Source of the DNA: Octopus sinensis
Taxonomy: Eukaryota
Direction of reading: 5' to 3'
Length of the DNA: 64,000 nt
NCBI RefSeq assembly: GCF_006345805.1
Contig: NC_043018.1
Location: 17,918,001-17,982,000, forward strand
Part shown: positions 52,881 through 64,000 of the stretch, in pieces
How positions within the stretch are numbered: the first letter of the stretch is position 1
Layout: each line of letters starts with the position of its first letter
The notes under the pieces: model-generated
Seen by the model: the letters and a program-made list of their open reading frames with translations, nothing else
The model's database searches: none
What the model was told of the DNA's origin: nothing
Made by a program: the position numbers and the translations under genes

Positions 52881-54452
52881 CATGATGAGCGTTACGTTTT
52901 TGTTCTCGTGTGTAGTTTCTTCGCTCTCATGCTCACACTTGTAATTCGAACATTATTTCCCCCCTTCTCCCCCACCCCCACCCCCACCCCCACCCCCACC
53001 CCGAACTCCTCTGCAAATGCTTCAGTTGGTTGTGAACTCTCTTTTTTTCTTCTCTTTTGTTATTATCAATAATGACACGTGTTAAATATATTGATTCTAC
53101 AAAGCTCGGCTCCACTATAATACTGTAAAAATCACATTATTTTAAGAAAGGACAACAATAAGATGACAAAATGGCGAACCTCCAGTTGTTTTTATTAATT
53201 ATTTTGTGTTGTTTTTGTTTGAACAATTTTTGTTTCATGATTTGTTATTTTAGCAACGATGTCGAAAGAAGACATTTTTAAACATTGAAAATCCAAAGAG
53301 GTGTTTGTATTAAGAGAAGCCGGTGATTTACTGATTTAATCCGAGATGGTTTAATTAAAAATGATTTAAGAAAAGGAAATATAGCAGGGACCAAAATATT
53401 GTCTGATGACAAAAAAAATTTGTTTAACCTATGCCAATAGAAACAAATAATGGCTGTTAAAAAATATAGAATTTTTAGCGGCCAGAAAAATGCCAATGTT
53501 TTATTTTAAAGTACAGGTTAGTCTTGACTGAGCAGAGTTCTTTGAATAAAAACTTTCCAGTAGTGACCACCTATTCTGATTTCAGGAATAGTGCATTTAA
53601 GACTACATTATTCCATCATTCACGGTTTCGCCATTTTAAAGCTAAAACTACATTATCTAGCCTGTCTTTTCATTTTAAAAGACGTTGTGGCTATTTGCAA
53701 TCAGAGTTCAAATCCTGTTGACTTTAATCCCGCTTGGTCAAGTAGTGAGGTTGATTTGGTCAGTTAAACCGACCCCCAACAAATTTCTGGCTGTGTGCCT
53801 ATGCCAGAAAGAAAAATATATTATGGGGGTAGAATTATTTAATCGATGAGTGAAATGAAAAGGGAGATTTGACTTTTATAGATGGTCGGGTCAACTGCTT
53901 AGAGTCATACATGATTCGCCTTCTTTACTAACCGTTAGAAATCAAAGCTAGCATTTGACTAGTTTTTGATTAAGCAAGAGTTTTTCTTCCTTAGTATCAA
54001 TAAACGAATGATAACAGAAAAATAAGAAGCGAACAAGCATCATAAATTATCTGAAAAATCCTAAGCTTCATAGAGATGCAGTAGAAATATTCTTACGTAA
54101 AAAAAACGTTCGAGAAACACATTTAAGGAGATATATTTTACTTTCTTTCTTATTGCTGGGGATATTTTTATGTCCCTATTTCTAGGATAATAAACAGATG
54201 TTATTGTTTACACTTGATTAACTTTATCTTTCCTTACAATTGTCGTTTTTACTTTTTTTTGCTAATATAATTAAGACAATCCTCGGCCGAGCTGTAAGTA
54301 GGCTGTTTTACGACCTTTTTCCAGTTCCATTTACGGTTTTATGAGTTGTAAAATGACACGAAATAACCTAAACACATACTTTACCCTTCTTTTCTTCCTC
54401 TTCAAACCATCTGCTTTATCTTCTTTTTATTTTTTCCTTACTATGTGCATAC

Positions 54453-54523
<71 letters not shown>

Positions 54524-54744
54524 CTCACAGAGATAGCGTTCGCATCCACACACATCTATATCGATCTCAAGAGTGAACCTTACGACAAACAGGATTCACC
54601 TAACTGTAAATCAATCAGCCGTTCGATCTACACCTACACATGTTTACAACTACAGATACACACATACAAAACTGAATAATGACACACACACACACACACA
54701 CACACAGATCGATAGGTATATATGTAAATGCGTACACCCATACA

Positions 54745-54799
<55 letters not shown>

Positions 54800-55704
54800 G
54801 TATGCCTGTATGTACGTTATATATATTCGTAAATAAATGTGTGTGTGTGTGAGTATGTATACATGCATCTATATATACATGAACTTTATGTGTGTGTGTG
54901 TGCGCGTGTGTTATGTGTGTGTATAAATTTATAAAACGTATTCATTATATTACCTATTTTCACCGTCCAATGAGTGAGAGAAGGAAAGAGAGAGAGAGAG
55001 AGAGAGAAGAAGAAGAGAGAGAGAGAGAGAGAGAGAAAGCGAGTGAGGGAGAGAGAGAGAGCAGATCCTGCGAACAAGTTTCCCAGGCAAGATGAAGAGA
55101 CAAGTGGATGATATTTTAATCGAAGTCATTTATATTTTATTGCACTGTTATATATATTTCTATTTCTGATTTCACAGTTCTGGTTCTTATCGCTTTATTT
55201 AAGATCCTCAGTTCCTCTTGAAATCTTCAGTGAAACTGTTCAAAGCTTCGTAAGATGCTACATATACAGCCAGACATCAATTTGTTTCCTAGATACAAGA
55301 CGTTTGAGTCGTCAAACGGAAGAAGGTTATTGTCAGCTGTTTACGAGGGCGTTAACGAGAGGACAATGGAGAAATGAATTAAAAATAACATGTTTAATTT
55401 GGTTTCAGTGATTTCACTGTTTAGGCAGGAAGAATTATAGTCGATAAAAGTGAACCAAGTATACCACTGGTATCGTGAAATGAAAAGGCAAAATGATATG
55501 GACGTGATGCGTATTCGGAAAAATAAAAGCTAAAAACTAAATATGGTGATCCTTTCGATTCAGGCTTTGCATGCTCTGATAATCCGTTGATCTTGAGTGA
55601 ATGAATATTTTGCTAGAATTAAAGAGATTTGATAGAAGGGTCCTTCAAAAACGGGGTGTTTAGTATTGAGTCTCAACCATTTATTGAGTTCGTATGCTAC
55701 AAAG

Positions 55705-56088
55705 GGAGGCGCAATGGCCCAGTGGTTAGGGCAGCGGACTCGCGGTCGGAGGTTCACGGTTTCGATTCCCAGACCGGGCATTGTGAGTGTTTATTGAGCG
55801 AAAACACCTAAAGCTCCACGAGGCTCCGGCAGGTGGTGGTGGTGAACCCTGCTGTACTCTTTCACCACAACTTTCTCTCGCTCTTTCTTCCTGTTTCTCT
55901 TGTACCTGTATTTCAAAGGGCCAGCCTTGTCACATTCTGTGTGTCACGCTGAATCTCCTCGAGAACTACGTTAAGGGTACACGTGTCTGTGGAGTGCTCA
56001 GCCACTCGCACGTTAATATCACGAGCAGGCTGTTCCGTTGATCGTATCAGCTGGGACCCTCATCGTCGCAACCGACGGAGTGCTCCTA
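55705..56088 (+). mobile_element. SINE family C, full length
   Basis: TSD tatgctacaaag at 55693-55704 and 56089-56100. Confidence 0.9.
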
Positions 56089-56297
56089 TATGCTACAAAG
56101 ATTTAGTCGCTTTTCATTTGTCTTTAATTTTTATTATTGCTCAAAGTTGCGTCAGATTACAACAAAAGGCAAAACATAATGGAAACGGTTTCAATCGACT
56201 TCATTCCACTCACCCACAGAGATGCGTTTCGTATCTACTCTCTATCTCATAGAGGTTACGGTGTTCCGCTCACGATGTAGCCATCGTGATTTCGATT

Positions 56298-56701
56298 ACT
56301 AGCCCAGCTAGTGCGTTATGCTCTTGAAGAAAATACTTCACTTCTTGTTGCCACAGTCCACCCAGATGTAAACGAGCCTCCAGTGATAGCATCAAGTCGG
56401 ATTTATGACTTTATATATCAGTGTAGATTAATCAGAGAGAAAGAATGGAAAATCGCGTAAAGACACCAGCAAAAGAAGAAATAATGATACTTTTTTCTAT
56501 TCCAAGAAAAACGATTTTAGAAATGCACGTTCTCATGGCTTTATCGATCGCATTCTCACCTGGAATCGATTTTTGTAATTTTTTCAAAACATATACACGC
56601 CCTGATATCGTCCGGTATCTACATATCAAATTTGAGCGCAATCGGATGGAGGATGCCCGAGATCCTAGAAGACACACACACAGGCAGACAGAACGTATTT
56701 G

Positions 56702-56705
<4 letters not shown>
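56298..56705 (+). mobile_element. Second non-autonomous Helitron-like element
   Basis: 5' actagc; 3' caaatttgagcgcaatcgg..cacacacacaggcagacag..(TA)n, the same layout as the element at 45077. Confidence 0.5.
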
Positions 56706-56758
<53 letters not shown>

Positions 56759-56807
56759 GTATGTATGTGTGTATGTTTGTATGTGTATGTATGTATGTGC
56801 TTGTATT

Positions 56808-56847
<40 letters not shown>

Positions 56848-57504
56848 GCAGTGGAATAAATATTCCTATATACGAATTGGGTTATTGGTAAGTGAAGGCG
56901 AAGGAAGAGGAAGAGCGACAATCTTTGAAATGTTTAAGTTCTGTCTTCTCAACACAAAGCGCTTAGTTACATAATTACTACAGGACCAGACTAACGACCC
57001 AGTAGAAGACTTAAATTGATTAGCAAACGTAATTAATATATATTTACCAATCATTATATAAAAGCACACACACACACACACTTATAAGCACACAGATACA
57101 CAGACCTGTAAGCACACATATGTATGTATGTAGAGTGTATATGCTTCTATAGTATATACCATTGGGGGTATCCGCTAACGTGATTAATTACTAGGAATAT
57201 AACGCGACTTCTAAAAGAAACTGCAACGCCGAGAAGCTTTGGCCATCAATCAATTATTATGATTATCCGCAATCCCTAATTTTGGCTGATAAACACGATT
57301 CGTGTCATATATCTACCAGTTCATTGCCAACGATTATTTGAAGTTATCGACTTAAGTAAAGCAATTAGTAGTTTAATGGTATTTTACAATGCCAAATATG
57401 CAAACACAGCCAGACTTTACTTATCTCCTGAGAACAGAATCGAACAACGTTCCGCGACTGATAAATTATTCCTATCGTAAAATCATTACCAATCCTGATG
57501 CGAG

Positions 57505-57587
<83 letters not shown>

Positions 57588-57615
57588 ACACATATACTTA
57601 TCTTGTGTATGTATA

Positions 57616-57684
<69 letters not shown>

Positions 57685-57713
57685 TATTTATATGTATGCA
57701 TGTGTATATATTT

Positions 57714-58006
57714 AACGAAAACACTTAAAGCTTCATGAGATTCCTGCAGGGGGTGGGGGGTGGCGAATCCTGACGTACTCTTTCACCACAACTTTCTCCC
57801 ACTCTTTCTTCCCGTTTCTGTTGTATCTGTAACTGAAAGAGGACCAGCCTTGTTACATTCTGTGTCAGGCTGAATCTCCCCGAGTACTAAGTTAAGGGCA
57901 CACGTGGGTGTGGAGTGCTCAGCCAATTGCACGTTAATTTCACGATCAGGCTGTTCCATTGATCGGATCAACTGGAACCCTCGTCGTCGTAACCGACGGA
58001 GTGCCA
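57714..58006 (+). mobile_element. SINE family C, 5'-truncated
   Basis: Family C body and 3' end gtcgtaaccgacggagtg. Confidence 0.85.
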
Positions 58007-58016
58007 TGACGACATA

Positions 58017-58056
<40 letters not shown>

Positions 58057-58096
58057 AATTAATAAATAAAACATATGCATATATACATACATATAT

Positions 58097-58842
58097 GTAC
58101 CTCTACATGTATATGTACATGTACCTACCTCTACATGTATATGTACATGTACCTACCTCTACATGTATATGTACATGTACCTACCTCTACATGTATATGT
58201 ACATGTACCTACCTCTACATGTATATGTACATGTACCTACCTCTACATGTATATGTACATGTACCTACCTCTACATGTATATGTACATGTACCTACCTCT
58301 ACATGTATATGTACATGTACCTACCTCTACATGTATATGTACATGTACCTACCTGTACATGTATATGTACATGTATCTACCTCTACATGTATATGTACAT
58401 GTACCTACCTCTACATGTATATGTACATGTACCTACCTCTACATGTATATGTACATGTACCTACCTCTACATGTATATGTACATGTACCTACCTCTACAT
58501 GTATATGTACATGTACCTACCTCTACATGTATATGTACATGTACCTACCTCTACATGTATATGTACATGTATCTACCTCTACATGTATATGTACATGTAC
58601 CTACCTCTACATGTATATGTACATGTACCTACCTCTACATGTATATGTACATGTACCTACCTCTACATGTATATGTACATGTACCTACCTCTACATGTAT
58701 ATGTACATGTACCTACCTCTACATGTATATGTACATGTACCTACCTCTACATGTATATGTACATGTACCTACCTCTACATGTATATGTACATGTACCTAC
58801 CTCTACATGTATATGTACATGTACCTACCTCTACATGTATAT
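58097..58842. repeat. Homogeneous 28-bp minisatellite, about 26.5 copies
   Basis: Unit gtacctacctctacatgtatatgtacat; three single-base variants seen; the ORFs repeat every 28 aa (3 units). Confidence 0.95.
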
Positions 58843-58854
58843 ATGCATGCATAT

Positions 58855-59034
58855 AAGGGTGCAGGACACAAAAAAAAAACGTTGAACACAATGAGAAACG
58901 AAAACATAAACACAAAACCAAGGAAATGGATAATTTTCTTAAACAACGAAAAAATAGAGTACAGGACAAATAACACAAGGAAAATTCCCCTTTTCCAGTC
59001 GCCATGGTTTCAGCTACTCTGCGTTTCGAAGGTG

Positions 59035-59040
<6 letters not shown>
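58855..59040 (-). mobile_element. Interspersed repeat fragment between microsatellites, possibly pLTR-like
   Basis: Similar layout to 42325-42540; retains only cttcGAAACGC with no upstream core. Confidence 0.3.
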
Positions 59041-59108
<68 letters not shown>

Positions 59109-60062
59109 GCAACTGTAAATGCCGACCACACCACTCTTCCATGGGAGACATAACGCATAAGCGGCAGCTGTCCAAAAGATGTTATCAAGGTACTTCTTCC
59201 TGTTGTGACATAATGTTGTATGAAAAACGATATTCAATACTATCCTCACAGCCCTGGGATGAATATATACACTTTTGTTATTGAATACGTGCATATCAAC
59301 ACAAGGAATATCGGGGAAGCATCCTCATCAAATCTGCCAAATGTAAACCTTACAAGCGAGATATTGTTACCTGAAAGGAAAAAATCATTTATCGGGATTA
59401 AGGTTGGTTTCCTTGCTGATGCACATGTGTACCAAAACAGCGAGGGGATTAAATATGGACAAATGATTCGGAAACCACAGTTCTTCGACTTTGACAATAA
59501 ATCCACATTTTATCATTAGTTATTGTCCACTTGGTTGTGTTAGTGGCAATCTGAATTTTTGGCCAAAAAGTCTGACTGACTTTATAGACTCCATATGTTA
59601 AGTGGAATGGTTAAAATATACAAGACTTTTGTAATGCTCAACATGTAACAATTAAAGTCGTCCAAATTTCAGCAGCGGGGCTTTTAATTCTTTGCTAGAA
59701 ACCAACTCCATCCTTCCTGAAAGAACTGGAATAAAGAGAAAACACACACACACATCTACAAGTACACTTACACACACGTCCAGACACTTTCACTCTCACA
59801 CGTACATACGCACACAGATACATTCTAACACACATATAGTGGATAGATATTAAACACACACCTTCACACATACATATACAGAAATGAACAAACGTGGGAG
59901 AAGAACACTAAGCACAATTGAGTTTATTAAATATTTGTATTGACAGTCAGACGCAGATTCATGTTACTGAAAGTTTTCCAGATGCAAACAAAATACGTCT
60001 GAGAAAGTTTCGGTAGGAAAAACGGAGTCAAAGTGTTAATATAAGTAAATATATTATATATG

Positions 60063-60206
<144 letters not shown>

Positions 60207-60281
60207 CATAATATAGATATATACATATATATATATATATATACATATATATAATATATATATATACATATATATATACAT

Positions 60282-60347
<66 letters not shown>

Positions 60348-60575
60348 TATATACATACATATGATACATACACACATACGTAATACGTTCATATATATAC
60401 ACGCAACCGTACATACGTGCGTCCATACAGATGAACATACATACACAGATACATACATACATATTTACGTACATACATATACATACACACAAAAATATAT
60501 AGACGGATACTTGAATAGATGCCTGAAATTACATACTTTCATACATATGTACATTAGTACGTACATACATAGATA

Positions 60576-60775
60576 CGAGGGGCTGTTGAAAAGTTCCTGG
60601 TTTTGGGTAAAAGAAAATAGAGGAGGATCAGTTAATTAGGATTTTATCCAACATATTCCCCTCTCAGATTCACACAGTTATCGCAGCGGTCCTTCAGTCT
60701 TTCTAAGCCCTCAAAAAGAACATGGAAGTTTGGGCCTCCATCCTGGCTTTTAGCAATACCTTTAAAGTCACCCCA
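60576..60775 (+). mobile_element. Mariner-type terminal fragment
   Basis: TA-CGAGGGGCTGTTGAAAAGTTCC terminus. Confidence 0.6.
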
Positions 60776-60894
60776 TCGTACAGACATTCATACGTACGCA
60801 CGCACGTATATACATACATACACACGTAAAATTCACACCAAAATAGTAATTAATTTTGATGTGATATTTTTAATTAAGTTAATTAATATTTCAG

Positions 60895-60955
60895 GCATCA
60901 GCCAGCTCGACAAAGTTGGTCACGTTTTCAGAATATTGATTACTTTCCAGAATAG
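60895..60955 (+). CDS. Candidate 61-nt internal exon, (G)ISQLDKVGHVFRILITFQN(R); gene unknown
   Basis: Acceptor ttaatatttcag|G and consensus donor AG|GTGAGT; one fully open frame. Confidence 0.35.
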
Positions 60956-62440
60956 GTGAGTCCCTAAACCTAAAGTTAAAATAAGTTGGTCTTGAACCTT
61001 CAGACACATTAGATCGGAGTTTATTTGTTTTTAAGCAACTGAGAGAACAACACTCATCCTGGACGGGTTACAGTCCATCGAAGGCTTAACTTCCCCAATG
61101 TATAGTTAGTATTTATTTTCGAACTGCCTGCAGTGGGAAACGATGAAATGCTTTTCTCAAAAACAGAACTCACGCCTGTCCCAAAATCGAACCTCCAATC
61201 GCAAGCCTTTTACCAGAATCACTACTTCACCCAACCTCACTTCTACGTTTAACTGTGGTAAAATAACTGAAGTGTGTATAGAATCTTTGTCTCTGAGGCA
61301 ACTTCTCCAAAATCTCACCAATATTTGCAAAGCTCCAAAACACCAGCACATTTAAAAATGGAAAAAAAAACCCAAAACACAAAAAAATTATATGGAGCTC
61401 CATTCGCCATTTTTGTGAAAATATATTTTATATTGAAAATATATTTTTAAAAAACATATTCTAAAACCATATTTCAGTTTTGAATTAAAATATTATTGGG
61501 GTTATAACCTCAAACATAAGCAAGTCACGCAAGCAAGAACCGTCGTGTTTACTCGTAGTTGTTTTGGCATACCTTTGGCAAGTCATGCTACAGACCACAG
61601 ATCAAATTAATGAGAGAACAATTGCATGAATAGTAATAAAAAAAAAATCAACCGTTTGCTCTGTTGTCGGTGATTTAAGAAGGTGAAAATACTTGAATTT
61701 CTAACTGTAGCATTAATTTACGGCCAGATTTAAATAAGTTAGCGGTTTTGGTTTAGACGTTAAATATTCCTTCATTTATAAAGCCAAAAAATCTCTTACA
61801 ATTATTATTTTGATTACAAAAAAAGATTCAATGATGCAATTTCACAGCTCACAGACAGAAAAATAAAGTTATTAAAAATACTAAAATATTAAAAAAAAAT
61901 TATTCACTAAAGAAAGTCATTTACATTTTCTTTTAATGACTATTTAGTGTTTCATTAACACAAGGTGACGTGGCTATGGTACCAGTTTATAAATATTTAT
62001 TAATATATTTACTAACACATATTCGTGGTGCGATGGCAGAGCGACTAAAAGTTTGGGTTCTCCGTCGGTTTCATTGATGAGCTGTTAGTTTTTTGATCAA
62101 GTGAATTTTTATCATTGAAATTAATATCTCACTGGCTGACTGAGTATTCCATAGTCCTATGTACCATTAATGTAGTTGTAGTTCACATTCTGAATCGGTG
62201 AGTAGAACTTAAAGAGACAAACAGACAGACTGGTTGGTCACAGTTCACTTACAGAAGAGGAAAGATTGAGAGGTGATACTGCCCTCAGCGCAGTCTGAGC
62301 TTACAGCCCAGAGATTAAGAACAAATACGATAACTTAGTGTGTTCGGCACTCTAACGACACCTCGTCACCAAAAAACTTGGAAGTTCCATGTAATTATAT
62401 CTAATACGTTCCACAATTGGTAAAGAGTCATTGACTTACC

Positions 62441-62679
62441 TATTTCTTTACTACCCAAAAGGGGCTACACATAGAGGGGACAAACAAGGACAGACAAACG
62501 GATTAAGTCGATTATATCGACCCCAGTGCGTAACTGGTACTTAATTTATCGACCCCGAAAGGATGATAGGCAAAGTCGACCAAGGCGGAATTTGAATCCA
62601 GAACGTAACGGCAGACGAAATACGGCTACCCATTTCGCCCGGCGTGCTAACGTTTCTGCCAGCTCGCCGCCTGTCCAAC
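62441..62679 (-). mobile_element. SINE family A2, full length
   Basis: TSD tcattgacttacc at 62428-62440 and 62680-62692. Confidence 0.9.
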
Positions 62680-62744
62680 TCATTGACTTACCATTAAATA
62701 TTCCGTCTGTATTGAGGCAAATGAAAGCCAGCCAAGTGGTTCAG

Positions 62745-63095
62745 ACTTCTAGAGACTTCTGGATTAGAACTCTTGAGACTGGTTGATCAGATCTCTTGAG
62801 AATGGTGTATGAAAACTCTACATCTCGTGTTGTAGACCTCTGCAACCTGGTGGATCAAACAGCTAGAGATTGGAGGGTTGGATATCTACAAGCTGGTTTT
62901 GTAGACTCCTGCATCCTGATGGAAAATACCTCCTACAGTCTTGTAGATCAAACCTATACAGATCAGTGGATCAAACTCTTACAGCCTGATGGATCGAGTG
63001 TCTAAAACATGGTGGATCAGATCTCCATAGATAAATGTATCAGCTCTCTTCCCACCTAGTGGATCAAACTTCTAGAGACCGATAGATCAAACGTT
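62745..63095. repeat. Highly degenerate GATC-rich minisatellite (unit about 22 bp, like ggtggatcaaacttctagag)
   Basis: Recurring (g)tggatcaaac/tagatcaaac/ggatcagatc; VDQT and WIKLL motifs alternate between reading frames. Confidence 0.65.
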
Positions 63096-63429
63096 GAAGT
63101 TTGGTGCAACAGAACTTTGTAGTTTGGGATATCAGACCTCGACTGCCTGAAATTGTAATCACACAGAATAAGCATGATGCAATTACTCGAACATACCAAC
63201 GGAGTGTCTCGAGATACTTGATAATCACCTCTACTTGTGCACGCAGGCCCCTTATAAAGCAAATCTCAGCAAACTTATACCAACCCCATCAAACTAGAGA
63301 TCTTTCCGGGGAAAATTGTGTCACACTGCTCGACTGACATTAAAAGACCAATAAAAAGATAGGGTTCTGAGGATTAACTCACTTGATCAATCACATTGTC
63401 TTAATAATATTACGTTTGTAGCCGACGAT

Positions 63430-63510
63430 GACGACTTTGCTTTTCATTCTTTCGGGGTAGATAAATTAAGTACCAGTCGAGTACTGGGGTCGATGTGATC
63501 GATGTCCCAC
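63430..63510 (+). mobile_element. SINE family A, central fragment
   Basis: gactttgcttttcattctttcggggtagataaattaagtaccag..ggggtcga. Confidence 0.75.
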
Positions 63511-64000
63511 CCTCATCAAAGAATATTATACGTTTATAGGTTTGTAGTTTCTTTTGGGTTGTATCTGGAGCATTATTGAAGTAAATGGGTTGATTTCATA
63601 TTATTAAGGTAACAATAGAACTGGCCGAAATTTCCACGAGATTCTACGGCTGCTGCCCAAGGTTCCTGCTGCTAGGCATTTTTGTTAAACTGTTCTTTGT
63701 GTGTGACAACCTGTCAGTAGAAATCAGAGGAAGCTTTAACGAGTTAAAGCTTGTTTTAAACTGACATCTTCTGGATTAATTCCACCCCGCACACGTAGGC
63801 ATAGAGACAAAGACATACAAGCATATTCACATGAATACACACAAATTCTCTCTTACACAGAAGAGAGCGGGTGCACGCACACACTCACATGTGCAGAGAT
63901 TTGGCTTACTCTTCAAGAATATTCTGGAGCATATATATATATATATAATATATATATATATTATATATATATATATATATTATATATATATATATATATA

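Noticed and set aside
58075-59118. 347, 253 and 240 aa ORFs
   Set aside because: They are translations of the stop-free 28-bp minisatellite in all three frames
59220-59519. 99-aa ORF with an overlapping antisense 86-aa ORF; GIKVGFLADAHVY faintly recalls L1-type RT motif 5
   Set aside because: The motif match requires deletions and lacks the DD pair; ORFs of this length can arise by chance; a profile search is needed

Overview
AT-rich, microsatellite-saturated animal genomic DNA with one 100-N scaffold gap (51644-51743). It is most likely from an octopus; this is inferred from recalled resemblance of the SINE families, not from a search. There is no confidently identifiable host gene, and nearly all ORFs in the supplied track are translations of (TA)n/(CA)n/(ACAT)n/(TAA)n/(GAA)n/(CCA)n repeats. 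The window contains three tRNA-derived SINE families (here called A, B and C; several copies have clear 9-17 bp TSDs). It also contains 5'-truncated LINEs (two Dong/R4-type RLE elements, one RTE, one CR1-like) and decayed Tc1/mariner elements (DD34D and DD37D/maT). Two MITEs (one Tigger-like, one with an 8-bp TSD) and two non-autonomous Helitron-like elements are present. The most notable signal is a set of type I hammerhead-ribozyme motifs from four distinct sequence families, most plausibly Penelope-like pLTR remnants. One pair forms a 77-bp near-perfect palindrome with a hammerhead on each strand. Other notable structure: both Dong/R4 elements sit antisense inside SINE (ATT)n tails, SINE A copies are nested at one internal site and stacked head-to-tail, and fold-back duplications recur at (TA)n tracts. 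A few weak candidate exons and decayed coding segments are listed at low confidence.
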